Source of the DNA: Ginglymostoma cirratum
Lineage: Eukaryota
DNA length: 64,000 nucleotides
Direction: 5' to 3'
NCBI GenBank assembly: GCA_024137785.1
Contig: JAHRHZ010000081.1
Coordinates: 14,838,929 to 14,902,928 of the forward strand
The position numbers were made by a program, and so were the translations under genes. This document shows, in pieces, positions 1 through 11,792 of the stretch (positions are counted from its first letter, which is position 1; each line of letters opens with the position of its first letter). The notes under the pieces are model-generated. The model ran no database searches, was not told the origin of the DNA, and was given only the letters and a program-made list of their open reading frames with translations.

Positions 1-960
1 TCTGCTGGCCCCCAAGGACTGAATCTCCTAAGTTGGATTTCCCTGGCATGACTGCTGCCAGCAAGAGAGAGCTTGCCAACCCATTAATCCATTAGGCCAT
101 CGGTTGACACCATCTGTGGTGTTAGTCAGTGGGCAAAGTGGCTGAAAAGAATTGTAGGAAAATACAACTTTTCTACAGGTGGCTCAGATGCTTTCATTTT
201 TGGCAAACAAAAACATTCAGTCCATTTGCTTTACTTTGTTGAGTTAAGGACTAGAGAGTTAAGAAATAAAATGCAATTATTTCGAATGCATTGGTGAATT
301 TTTTTTATTCAGACCAGAGAATGTTCCCTTTTGACAAAATATCTCAGTGCAAATGCAACAAATGTGTATTTTTCTCAAATGCAATTAAAGTTTGGACGAG
401 CTGATGTTTGGCAGACTGTTAGTTTGCTTCCTGTGTCCCTAGCTAGAGGTACTAGTTTTGCAACCAACCATCAGAATTAGGAGTTGCCAAATTCTGTATT
501 TGTTCTAGTTTTTAGGTTTGTTTTTGTTAAAAGAACAATAATAGCAGTTGCATTTTATGTTAGCATTAATGCAAACTTGATTTTATGTATTGTTCTGTGG
601 GCATTAGACAGGATATGTAGATTTGCCTTTTGCTTTTGCCTTTTCATTGGTCTTTTATATTGTGTGGGCATTTCCTTTATGCTTCGTTTCCCTGAATGGA
701 CCCAAAGAGCAAACGTAGGAACTAACTTTGTCAGTTTGTGACTTCTAGTCCTGCCAGCTTTGGATCAACTGAATGTAAAACGTGTGAGGCCAATATATAG
801 CTGGACTGTAGTTTGAAGGAGTTTTCTAATGTGTAAGTATCCTAGGGAGCTGTACAGCTGTTGAACTGTGCAGATATTATTGTGTATAAAATCCCTTTGT
901 GCATTATTTTACCTTATCCTGTTTATTTTAAAGAGATAAACTCTTCCATTAAAAAGTCAA
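1..960 (+). other. Probable terminal exon / 3' UTR of an unidentified upstream gene
   Basis: Repeat-free, U-rich sequence ending with ATTAAA at 948-953, after which repeats begin. Frame 2 reads ...LLAPKD-stop (2-22), a possible CDS end that I do not recognise. Confidence 0.4.
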
Positions 961-1069
961 ACTGAGACACTTACAAATCAACACCAGCCATCAGGTAAGG
1001 ATCCTGCAATAAATGCTCTACACTCACTGTACCATTGTGGAGGAATAGTTTAAAGGTGTTTTTGCAAAC

Positions 1070-1345
1070 AAGAAAAGCCAATACGAGGTAAGAGACAGCT
1101 TTCTCACGCACTGAGTAGTTAGGCCCTGGAACTCAGTGTTTGAAGTATGTTGGAGGGATGTTCTATTGAGGCTTTAAAAACAACATTGAATGATTATTTA
1201 AATAGAATAATAATAATAGAATAAATAGAAACAATGAACAAGGTTAAGGAGAAAAGGCAGGATATAGGCACAAAGCTAAAAGGCTCAGAATGCCAGTGCA
1301 GACATGATGGGCCAAATGGCCCCCTCCTGTTCCTTGACAATTCCG
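1070..1345 (+). mobile_element. Old CR1-type LINE 3' fragment
   Basis: Degenerate 'ttctcacgcactgagtagttaggccctggaactc...gatgggccaaatggcccc' CR1 3' end signature. Confidence 0.6.
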
Positions 1346-2023
1346 TGATATTACCAAACAGTTACTCAACATCTTCACAAGAAATTGTTTCCTGTGCAAA
1401 AACAATGAAAGCGTTAAGGGATAACAAGCATGGGGCTGGATGAACACAGCAGGTCAAGCAGCATCATAGGAGCAGGAAAACTTGACGTTTCGGGCCTAAA
1501 CCCTTCAGCAGAAATGGGGAGGGGAAGAGGGTTCTGAAATAAATAGGGAGAGAGGGGGAGGCGGATAGAGGATGGATAGAGGAGAGGATAGGTGGAGAGG
1601 AGGCAGACAAGTCAAAGAGGCGGGGATGGAGCCAGTAAAGGTGAGTGTAGGTAGGGGGGTAGGGAGGAGATAGGTCAGTCCAGGGAGGACGTACAGGTCA
1701 AGGGGGCGGGATGATGTTAGTAGATAGGAGATGGGGGTGTGGCTTGGGGTGAGAGGAAAAACAGGTTAGGGAGGTGGAGATGAGCTGGGCTGGTTTTGGG
1801 ATGCGGTTGGGGGAGGGGAGATTTTGAAGCTTGTGAAATCCACATTGATGCCATTGGGCTGCCGGGTTCCCAGGCTGAATATGATTTGCTGTTCCTGCAG
1901 CCTTCGGGTGGCATCACTGTGGCATTGCAGGAAAAGAAAAGTTGTTGAGGGTGAGGACGAGTTCGGCTCGGCGGATGAGAGTGTCGGTGGAGGGGGATTG
2001 GTCCGTTCTGCGGGACAGGAAGA

Positions 2024-2938
2024 AGCTACCTGGAATACACCTCCTCCCACCCACCCTCCTGCAAAAATGCCATCCCCCATTCCCAATTCCTTCGCCTCCG
2101 CCGCATCTGCTCCCAGGATGAGACATTCCACTCCCGCACATCTCAAATGTCCTCATTCTTCAAGGACCGCAACTTCCCCTCAACAGTGGTCGAGAACGCC
2201 CTCGACCGTGTCTCCCGCATTTCCCGGAACACATCCCTCACGCCCCGTCCCCGCAATAATAACCAAAAAAGAATGCCTCTCGTCCTCACATACCACCCCA
2301 CCAACCTCCGGATCCAACGCATCATCCTCTGACACTTCTGCCATCTGCAATCAGACCCCACCACCAAAGACATTTTTCCCTCCCCACCCTTATCTGCCTT
2401 CCAGAGGGACCACTCCCTCCGCGACTCCCTTGTCCGCTCCACACTCCCCTCCAACCCCACCACACCCGGCACTTTTCCCTGTAACTGCAGGAAGTGCTAC
2501 ACCTGCCCCCACACCTCCTCCCTCACCCCAATCCCAGGCCCCAAGAAGACTTTCCACATCAGGCAGATGTTCACCTGCACATCTGCCAATGTGGTATACT
2601 GCATCCGCTGTACCCGTTGTGGCTTCCTCTATATCGGGGAAACCAAGTGGAGGCTTGGGGACCGCTTTGCAGAACACCTGCGCTCAGTTCGCAACAAACA
2701 ACTGCACCTCCCAGTCGCAAACCATTTCAACTCCCCCTCCCATTCCTCAGACGACATGTCCATCCTGGGCCTCCTGCAATGCCACAGTGATGCCACCCGA
2801 AGGCTGCAGGAACAGCAAATCATATTCAGCCTGGGAACCCTGCAGCCCAATGGCATCAATGTGGATTTCACAAGCTTCAAAATCTCCCCTCCCCCAACCG
2901 CATCCCAAAACCAGCCCAGCTCATCTCCACCTCCCTGA
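2024..2938 (+). pseudogene. PLE ORF C-terminus: RT thumb, Cys-rich linker and GIY-YIG endonuclease
   Basis: One frame: SYLEYTSSHPPSCKNAIPHSQFLRLRRICS...FPCNCRKCYTCPH...FTCTSANVVYCIRCTRCGFLYIGETKWRLGDRFAEH. A single TGA at 2330-2332 (likely CGA deamination) splits ORFs 2147-2332 and 2567-2938. Confidence 0.9.
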
Positions 2939-3190
2939 CCTGTTTTTCCTTTCACCTCAAGCCACACCCCCATCTCCTATCTACTAACATCATCCCGCCC
3001 CCTTGACCTGTGCGTCCTCCCTGGACTGACCTATCTCCTCCCTACCCCTCCACCTACACTCACCTTTACTGGCTCCATCCCCGCCTCTTCGACTTGTCTG
3101 CCTCCTCTCCACCTATCCTCTCCTCTATCCATCCTCTATCCGCCTCCCCCTCTCTCCCTATTTATTTCAGAACCCTCTTCCCCTCCCCCG

Positions 3191-3224
3191 TTTCTGCTGA
3201 AGGGTCTAGGCCCGAAACGTCAAG
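3191..3224 (+). ncRNA. Minimal hammerhead ribozyme motif in PLE pLTR (variant core CUGCUGA)
   Basis: ctgctga-agggtctaggccc-gaaa-cgtc. A mirror copy lies on the minus strand at ~1482-1513. Confidence 0.65.
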
Positions 3225-3639
3225 TTTTCCTGCTCCTATGATGCTGCTTGACCTGCTGTGTTCATCCAGCCCCATGCTTGTTATCTCGGATTCTCCAGCA
3301 TCTGTAGTACCTTTTATCTCTGATACAATGAAAGCATTAACTTGTTTAAGGTTTAAGAGTTAACACTTGCACTGAGAACAGGAGGAAATAATTTCATTGG
3401 AACATTTTTCCTGTCTCTACAATCACGTCGCACAGCCTGATTTCTTGGCTTTTGCACACATAGAACTTTTCCTGTAATTAGATGTAGATTAATTTGCAAT
3501 AAATTCATAGTAATAATGTTGCAATCCTCTTGTGTAAGTGTCAGTGGCCATTAAGGAGATGGAATGTGCTGAGTGTTGCCATCTGAACTAACAGCTGTTC
3601 CTTGACAAAATAACAGGGCAAGACAGACAGAAATAGACT

Positions 3640-3752
3640 GAATTTCCTACATTATAACACTGACTATGCTTGTAAAACAACTGATTGGATGAAAAGTGCT
3701 TTGAGATGTCAACTGATCATGAAAAACCCTATATGAAACAAGGTTCTTTTTT
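3640..3752 (+). mobile_element. Deu-domain SINE (SacSINE1/AmnSINE-like) 3' tail fragment
   Basis: 'tttcctacattataacactgact...aagtgctttgagatgtc...atgaaaaaccctatatg' resembles the recalled tail consensus. Confidence 0.55.
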
Positions 3753-3779
3753 GTAGCCACCCAAATGTTTCCACTGAGA

Positions 3780-4385
3780 TTAGGACTACAGACCGACATT
3801 AGCACGTCGGAACACCTGCCATTTGCGGTGGCTTGAGGTCGGTCACAGGCCTGGTCTCTCGAAGGCTCTCAGCCTGGTTTCTCGGCGGCTCTCAGCCCGG
3901 TCTCCCGGCGGCTCTCAGCCCGGTCTCTCGGCGGCTCTCAGCCCAGTCTCTCGGCGGCTCTTGGCAGTGTATTGGTTCTGTCTCTTGGCGACTCATGGTG
4001 GAGTGTTGGCTCGGCATGCGAGTGATTCCTGCCCGGGCATGTTCCCGAGGCATCTGCAGCGGCAGCATCGAGATCAGGCAGCTGAGATCTCCCAGAGAAC
4101 GAAATAAGTGGAGGACTCATCAAAGATCATTGAACTTTTAGTGCATTCCTTTATTTTCCTAGTTTAAACTACAAAAGACTTTGATGTAAACTACAACTTC
4201 TTTATTTTTCTGATATTGTGTGAAGTAAGGCTTAACTTTTTAAGTCTCGTTTTGTTTATCACTTTTTACTTAAGTTTGTTTTTGTACCTAAGTAGTCTGG
4301 TACCTAAGATAGCACCAAATGTGGCAAAATTATATGCTTCACCTGTACTTCTGTCCTTGAGTACGCAGGGCAATAAAATCTAAAA
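3780..4385 (+). mobile_element. VNTR-containing non-autonomous retroelement (23-bp unit)
   Basis: About 5 copies of ctctcagcccggtctctcggcgg (3845-3962), then a T-rich body and tail 'gtacctaagatagc...ttcacctgtact...gagtac...caataaa' shared with 13888-13985 and 44700-44830. Confidence 0.6.
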
Positions 4386-4684
4386 TATTATTTGGTTGCA
4401 ATAATTCACTAATGGAAAGGGAATACAAGAAAACCCAAAGGAAGTACAGGTTTTAACTCCCTAATCCAGTACTGTGGTCAGCGACCTCTGTGATCTGATA
4501 CCTGCAGAGCTTCCAATTTTCCGTCTACTGATTCTTCATTGATTTTGTATCCATATTACTTTTTATTACAATCTGTCCAGTTGATTACCCTCAATCTTGT
4601 CTGTATGTCCAACTGGAAATTTACCACTACGCATGTGACTGACACAAGTCAAGGTAACCTTATTGGAATATAACTTGTTAGAAA

Positions 4685-5030
4685 TCATGACAGGGTAAAT
4701 CCAGAGAGGTTGTTTCCCCTTGTGGGAAAGTCTAGGACCACAGGGTATAATTTCAGAGTGAGGGGTCACCTATTTGAAACAGAGATGAGGAGGAAATTCT
4801 TCTCTCAGTGGGTAACAAATCTGTGGAATTCGTTACTGCAGAGGGCTGTCAAGGCTAGGCATTTAAGTATATTTGCAGCTGAGATAGATGGATTTTTAAT
4901 CAGTTAGGAATGCGAGGTTTGTGGGGGAAAGGCAGTAAAATGGAGTTTAGGGTTATCAGATGTCAGCCCTGATTTTATTGAATTTTATTGAGGAGGCTTA
5001 ATGGGCTGAATGGCCTATTCCTGTGTTATG
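4685..5030 (+). mobile_element. CR1/HER1-like LINE 3' end
   Basis: ORF 4710-4907 FPLVGKSRTTG...MRRKFFSQWVTNLWNSL is the CR1 ORF2 C-terminus, followed by the 'gggctgaatggcctattcc' tail. Confidence 0.85.
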
Positions 5031-5179
5031 AGTCGTTCGTTTTAAAGTGTTTATGCATTAAATAGGCTTGATGTCCCATGGTTCAGCAAGTTCTCCGGTC
5101 TGACAGAAGTCCAGGTCCAGGGCTGCCGGATTGCAGATTGCAATTCAACCTGCATTGCATATTTTGTCTTTTATCTATG

Positions 5180-5470
5180 GCAGTCAGGATTGAAGATCGC
5201 TTCCTTCCATTCCAGTTTGATGGGTTCGGAGATGGCTAATAAATCCAATTTGCAATCTGCAGACTCTGCTGTCTGGTGCGAGGATGGGGCGCAGGATGAG
5301 TAATTGGGACTTTGATGTGTTGTTTGGAGGCTTGTGCATTCCCTTCAAGACCTCACCTTCACTTCTGCAGATTCTCTCCTTGTGTCTGGTGCCTGCTTTT
5401 TGATCAGTTATATGCCAAGGCCTCCTGCGAGGCATTGGGGATGTTTGATTTCTTCAGGAGACGTTTTGAG
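5180..5470 (-). mobile_element. RTE-clade LINE 3' fragment
   Basis: Minus ORF ends SRVCRLQIGFISHLRTH, resembling the RTE C-terminal C..C.R.C.S.IGL.SH.R.H motif. Confidence 0.6.
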
Positions 5471-5496
5471 GACACCCCACAGTGTTTCCATTATAC

Positions 5497-5680
5497 TCCA
5501 GGAAGAGGCTGGTACAATTACAACATTTAAAAGGCATCTGGATGATTATATGAAAAGGAAGGGTTTAGAGGGATATGGGCCAAATGCTGACAAATGGGAC
5601 TAGATTAATTTAGGATATCTGGTTGGCATGGACGAGTTGAACCGAAGAGTCTGTCTCCATTCTGTACATTTCTATGACTC
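5497..5680 (+). mobile_element. HER1/CR1 3' end
   Basis: EAGTITTFKRHLDDYMKRKGLEGYGPNADKWD plus 3' tail. Confidence 0.85.
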
Positions 5681-7507
5681 CTTCTCTGATCAAGTTCCAA
5701 ATGTCCAGTGTAACAAAATCTGAACTACATCATTTAGTTTTACTACAGTAGGAAACTGGTTGCTTAAAATACTCCTTCAGTTTTATTTAATATTCCTAAA
5801 TTAGTAATCGTTCTCTTTTCCCCGGAGAGTATTTTAGTCAAAAAGGTGTGAGTGTTACTTGTCACTTAATTAGATGAATACATCATTGATTCTGTCAATC
5901 CTGGAGCCTGTGTTGGCAGCAAATGCAGAAGTGCCTGAGGCTGCTTAGACTTTGTGCTGTTCTCCCTGCTAGTGCCATTTTTAAATTCCATCCACACACC
6001 TTTCAAACACTGCAAGCCAGGAACTGCCCCTCACACACTGCTGCTGGACCACAACTGCACAGAACATGGCCCAGGAGGGAAGTTCACAGCTCACTTGTCA
6101 GACAGGAACCTTGAGGTGCCAATGATGCGGAGGGCTACCCTGTATCCTCCAGATTGGCAAAGCCATTAGATCTAGCCAGCCCGGACCCAGCTAGCAGCCT
6201 GAGTCCGTACCATTCGTCTCACACTAACGAAATGCTCCCACATTTACAGCTGAAAACTGGGGGTTCTCCCCTGGGCTGCTGGATTGCATGTGAGACAATC
6301 CATTTTCTGAATTTGCCTTTTGCCAAGGGGTGTGTTTATGGAATTTTACTATATTGGAATGGTAAATTAGTAATATTTAATATGTCAATTATTCTGCTCA
6401 GTTTTTCAGTCGAGTTAAGATTTTCGAATTTGAGTGGGATCACAATCAGCTTCACAAAAATGACAGGTATTCATTTATTATAAGCAATGGAATGGTTGTG
6501 ATTACTTGACGCAATGATTTAAAATGTGCATTATTGGTTAAGGTTTGGGCTACACATGAAGCACAGTTTGACAGAAGATGTATGGTCTTGCTGAATCTAT
6601 GAGCGCCTGATTCATGCAATTGCCTCTTCCAGGGCCTCACATCATGAGTATTGGCGCCCTGCCCTTGCAGGACAAATGATTTAACTTATTCCGCCTGCTG
6701 TGAATGTGTTGACACCCTTCTGGCTTCCTTAGTGCATGTGGACTCGATGGGCTGAATGGCCTGCTTCCACACTGTAGGGATTCTATCATATCTGATCAAG
6801 TTGAGGTTTGGAGCATGACCCAGTTTGTGTTCTTGTGACTGAGCTACAGGTTCCATGTGAATATTAAGATTCCACTCCCACACTCATCATCTTCCATTTT
6901 GTATTGCTGTTCCTGTCAACACCATCAGCATTTTGGTTCAACACCTTCCTGTCCAAACCCTTTATTTGCCTGTAAGTATTCCTCATTTCCACCCCCCTGC
7001 CCTTCAACACTTGGACTAATGCATTGCCATGCCCATGGTAGCAATCCACTCTCCCCCAGTTAATGTGAGGGACCTGGTGACTTGCAAACACTCCCCAAAC
7101 ACACTACCCCATGCACTCCTACACTGTTTCAGTTTCCACGCCTACCACTGGAGTTTGTGGGTGTAGCTACCCCAAATAGAAGGCAGCTCACGGTCAACTT
7201 CTCATAAGCTATTAGTGATGTGGAATAGGTGCTAGCCCAGCCAGAGAAGGCTACATCCCTGAATGACTTATTGCTTAAACACCCCAGGGACTGACTATCG
7301 CCTAACCTCCAGACTGATTTCCAAGGACATTTCCCGACTGAGTACAGCCCTTGTATCGATGTCTCCATAGCTCCCCAAACTGACATGTCTGTGATGCCTG
7401 GACTGACAGTGACCCAGTCCTTGAACAGCCATAGGACCAAGTGACTGACTGACTGTGGTCAAACTCCTTGTATTGTAATCAAATAGGTCCCCTTGACTGA
7501 CATAGCC

Positions 7508-7797
7508 TCAAAGTAAGGAAGAGCAGATTTAGGACTGAGTTGAGGAAGAAGTTCTTCGCCGAAAGGATTGTGAATCGGTGGAATTCCCTGCCCAGTGAAG
7601 CAGTTGAGTCTATCTCATTGAGTGTTTTTAAAGCAAAGATAGATAGATTTTTGAATGGTAAAGGAATTAAGGGTTATAGTGAGCGGGCAGGTAAGTGGAG
7701 CTGAGTCCATGAAAAGATCAGCCTTGACATTTTTGAATGGCTGAGCAGGTTTGATGGGCCAAATGGCCTACTCCTGCTTTATTTCTGAAGTTCTTAT
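7508..7797 (+). mobile_element. CR1 3' end
   Basis: 'tttaggactgagttgaggaagaagttcttc...gtggaattccctg...gggccaaatggcctactcctg'. Confidence 0.85.
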
Positions 7798-8404
7798 GTC
7801 ATGTTCTGATGATGGTGACACCACCTGACTGACTGTAATATGACTCAACTGCACTGAGGACTGATTCACTTTGATTTTTGAGACATGACCATTTGACTGA
7901 AGCACCTACATTGTGTTAGATGTGAAAGCTGCTGGCATATGCCGTAGGTGTGACATTGGCACACCTAGGTGTGACAGGTGCCATACAGCAACATGACTGC
8001 TCAGTGCTATCAACCATGACAGGCTGTCTTCCTGTCTGTGTTAAAAGGCAGGGGACGCCAGAGGTATGAGCCCCACAGTAATTGCAAAGTGAGGAGTGTT
8101 AAGAAAAAGCAAGCTTAGAACTATAACATGCACACTGTGCTGATGTATTAGATAAGTGCAGAACAACCTGGCAGGAACATTGCAAAATAAGGGCTGAATA
8201 TTTATGTAATTGCAATATGAGCTCCAAAGTGCAATGGTGAGCTGCTGAAATGTATTGTGCATTAACTTGAGAGCAGCCACAATGATGTGGTGAGGCTGGT
8301 GTTTGTGCTTTATTCTGTGTGTTTTATTCCATGGATGACGATGGAAACAGATGCTGTCCAGGGAGAACGCAAAGACAGGTCAGTGAATGGGCTTTGAACT
8401 GGAG

Positions 8405-8566
8405 GCCATGATGTGGAGGTGCAGGTGTTGCATTGGGGTGGGGACAAGGTCAGAAATCAGATGACACCAGGTCACGTCACCTGAAGAAAGGGCAAATGCT
8501 CCAAAAGCTTGTGATTTCAAACAAATCTGTTGGACTATAACCTGGTGTTGTCTGATTTCTGACCTT
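8405..8566. mobile_element. Inverted-twin pLTR remnant, second hammerhead-bearing family
   Basis: 8446-8471 is inverted to 8541-8566. Degenerate hammerhead ctgaaga...gctcc-aaaa-gctt at 8481-8510. Flanking repeat ctttgaactggag / ctttagactggag. Confidence 0.65.
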
Positions 8567-9347
8567 TAGACTGGAGTCTCAGAGAAGAATGCAGCAAGCA
8601 TCAGGTACCATCACCACCTTGTTTCTGGGGAGAGGTGGGGAAGAATTACGAACTGCATATAAGTGAGGTCAGATTACCCTATAATGAGATAGAAATGCTT
8701 GGAAATAAGGTAGTCAATGCTCATGAGGGAGATTCAGATTCCTGGTTAAAACCTTAAGGGGACAATCAGAATTTTTCTCTCGATTCCAATACGTTCAATC
8801 TCACCATGTTTTCCCACGTTTCTCACCGTTGACTCGGCTGCTTGAGGGTTGGAAGATTCCACTCCAGGGGTTTGTTGCCATGTCAGCTCTGGCACCCTCA
8901 GTGAACTGCAATAGACAAAACCAGTTTCTCAAGGACTTTGTATTTTTCCTGTACTGGTGTTATGGACCAGACTGAACCCCCTTGAAATATATTCAGCAGC
9001 ACTGTTTCAACATTTGCAGGAAGCCACACCAGAAGGGCATAAGCATTTTCAGGGAGTTTTCAGGAGCATGTCGATTCTTTGCATGGAACTCCCAAATGTG
9101 CATTGATAACTTAGCAAGCTCTAAATGTGCGCCAGTATTTGCCCAGCATTCCTGGGATTGTGTTGACAATTTGTGTTATGTTCAGTTGAGCAAAACAAAT
9201 ACTTCAATCCTCATCACACCATTGTCTGATTTTCCAGGCAGTACAATGATATTCACAGTGCTCTGCAGTAAACAATTATACAACGAAAATCACTGATTTT
9301 ATTTTTTCAACAAGTGTGGGCATCATGTCCCAAATTGTCATTGAACT

Positions 9348-9438
9348 GACTGGCATTGCAGGAGGCCCAGGATGGACATGTCATCTGAGGAATGGGAGGG
9401 GGAGTTGAAATGGTTCGCGACTGGGAGGTGCAGTTGTT
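9348..9438 (-). mobile_element. Isolated internal fragment of the Neptune PLE GIY-YIG region
   Basis: Near-identical reverse complement of ~2697-2787 (QLHLPVANHFNSPSHSSDDMSILGLLQC). Confidence 0.9.
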
Positions 9439-10199
9439 GTGACTTTACCTTTGCCTTGGGCACATATAAGAGGAAGCTAAACAGGTTGTTGCTGCAAGTG
9501 TGTAGTGTCCCTGCCCCTGGAGCCCGAAGTTCTGAGTTGACATTCCACTCAAAGAAAGGTCCACTCAATGAAAGAAATTTGTTATCAAATTTCTCCAAAA
9601 CTCCAATGGCAGGTAGAACATGAGACAGCATCTCCTGGTCGGGCAGAAAGTGTGGTAACGTGGCAACATTCCCATGATAAAAGACTCCGTATGTACGTTC
9701 TTGCCATAGGCTATACTATGTCAAATATCCTACCTATTTCGAGCGACTGCCAGAAGAAGACACAAAAGAAATAGAGGTTTATTTTTGATGGAGATCAGTT
9801 TACAGTGTGAATGAAATTCACTCCGTGGATTACAGAGGAATAGAAAGTTCTGTCCCTTGCCTAAAGCTCAATCTTGCGATCGGTGTTCATTAATTCCACC
9901 ATGAAAATCAATGTCAGACCCACCCTGGGCTGTTAAGTGTGAATCCCGCACCCCCCCCCTCACTGTACCCCAACTCTGAAGGAATCACCAGCTTTCTCTT
10001 CTCTCCTTCATATGAAAATCCTCATGAAGACCGATAGAAATGGGCTTCATGGTTAGTATGAATACAGATTGTGCTGAATGAACACTTTCTCTGTGACCCT
10101 TTTGGACTGTTGTGATATAGAAATTATAGCAGCCAAGTTGAATAAAGTTAGCTCCTCAAGCAACAGTTAGATAATGACTAGAAAACCTTTTTTTTTGAG

Positions 10200-10335
10200 A
10201 CGCTGCAGAGGTAAAATATCAACCAGAACACCAGGAACAGCCCCATGCTCATGTTTGAAACAGTACCATGGGATCTTTTACTCTCCCTTCAGCAGGAAGG
10301 TGGGACCTTGGTTTAGTGTTTCAGCTGAAAAAAAA
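10200..10335 (-). mobile_element. Deu-domain SINE fragment
   Basis: Reverse complement contains 'aaaccaaggtccc...gtaaaagatcccatggtactgtttcaaa...cctggtgttctgg', matching the Deu core and 45040-45222. Confidence 0.65.
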
Positions 10336-11289
10336 TTTCATGAATTGCTGACATAATAATTCTGCCTCTGGGTCTTGCCATTTTAAACTCAGAGCTGTTC
10401 AACTTCCTGCTGAAACAAAGATAACACAATAGACCCTGTGGGTTTAGAGCGCATCACAGCACTGTGGTGGATTTTACCATTAAGATGCCTCCTAACTTCA
10501 AGAAGGAGGACGGATGGCTTATGCAATCATGCATTAACTAGCTGGAATTGCTTTGTTTGTTTTCCAACAAGTGGAATCGAATCAAATCCTTAAAAAAGAC
10601 ACAAAACGTGTTGTGTAAACCATCTTAGCAGTCCCTGCATTTTCTGCAATGTGAAATTATGCTGTGCTAAAGCACAGATCAGACTACCCCTGGTTGCTTT
10701 GGGAGCAACACCAATGTATCTCTACATGGTCTCATCTTGTGTCAAATGAGCAAGATATGTTTGCAAGATCTGCAAGAGGCAGGTGTTAAATTTGTTTCTC
10801 TTTGTTTGCATTATGCATGTTTCCCTTTGTGGTTTTGAGCGCGGGCAAAGTTGCTGCCTGCAGACATTTTAAGTTTCCTGAATGTATTAATTATTGCTGT
10901 AAATAAGCACTTCATTTAACTTGTGCAATTTTCCCTTCATGTTTTACTATTTAAATGTGTGATGATTAAATAGTTGGAAATGGGCAATGAATACAAAGCA
11001 CCAAGAGCAAATGGACCAACTGAATGGCATCGCCTCATTTATTTGATTGTAGAGAGTGCAGAGAAGGGAAACAAAGGATGGTTCTCAGCCAATTATTTGT
11101 GATGGGTACCACAAATAAGCAATGTCTCAGGAAATTTTGTTTGGGAGCCCTTCAAGTCTGAAAGTGTGCATTTAAGCCCAAGTCCAAAATTTGAGCCCAT
11201 CGTCCAGGCTGCTATTTAGTGCAGTATTGAGGGAATGCTGTGCTGTCAGAGGTAGTGTCCTTTCTTCTTACATCCCATCCTTGAGCCTC

Positions 11290-11792
11290 TAGTGAAGTCA
11301 TCACGGACTCCAGGCCTCAGTGCGGACTCCAGGCCTCAGCGCGGACTCCAGGCCTCAGCGCAGACTCCAGGCCTCTTCGCAGTCTTCANNNNNNNNNNAC
11401 GGACTCCCGGCCTCAGTGCGGACTCCAGGCCTCAGTGCGGACTCCTGGCCTCAGCGCGGACTCCCGGCCTCAGCGTAGACTCCCGGCCTCTTCGCAATCT
11501 CCAGGCCTCAGCACAGTCTCCCAGCCTCAGCGCGGACTCCAGGCCTCATTGCGGACTCCCGGCCTCAGTGCGGACTCCCAGCCTCAGCGCGGTCTCCTGG
11601 CCTCAGCACAGACTCCAGGCCTACAGGTGAAGCCAGAGCAGTCTCCTGGCCTTGAGAGCATTGAAGTGAAGCCCAGTTCGTTCTGGAGGCAAGGCCTGGC
11701 ATGGACTGAGTTGTAAGCACTTTAATTCTGAACTTTTTATTTCTTTATTTTTCTATTTCTCCCCTAAGGACCTGTACTTAAGAATCCGTACT
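11290..11792 (+). repeat. 19-bp VNTR (cggactccaggcctcagcg) in the 5' part of a non-autonomous element; contains a 10-N assembly gap
   Basis: Period 19 from 11304 to ~11625, with Ns at 11389-11398. The element resumes at 13888 after a LINE insertion. Confidence 0.8.

Larger units (their letters stand above)
1418..3324 (+). mobile_element. Young Neptune-like Penelope-like element (PLE), 5'-truncated, with inverted 3'-end copy
   Basis: 1418-1931 is the reverse complement of ~2772-3287. 1932-2025 is an inverted RT fragment (FFLSRRTDQSPSTDTLIRRAELVLTLNNFSF). 2024-3324 carries thumb, Cys linker, GIY-YIG and pLTR. TSD acaatgaaagc(g/a)ttaa at 1402-1417 and 3325-3340. Confidence 0.92.

Noticed and set aside
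484-741. 85-aa hydrophobic ORF
   Set aside because: Non-ATG start, and the hydrophobicity reflects T-rich UTR-like composition.
1824-2987. 387-aa Pro/Ser/Thr-rich ORF
   Set aside because: It is an alternative frame across the C-rich PLE and its inversion junctions; the real PLE frame is 2024-2938.
7280-8030. Recurrent GACTGA words on either side of a CR1
   Set aside because: No consistent period; probably decayed low-complexity sequence.
11304-11625. Regular short repeats resembling a CRISPR array, with ORFs 11292-11630 and 11435-11716
   Set aside because: These are head-to-tail 19-bp units with no unique spacers and no cas genes, in a vertebrate context. The ORFs are repeat artefacts.
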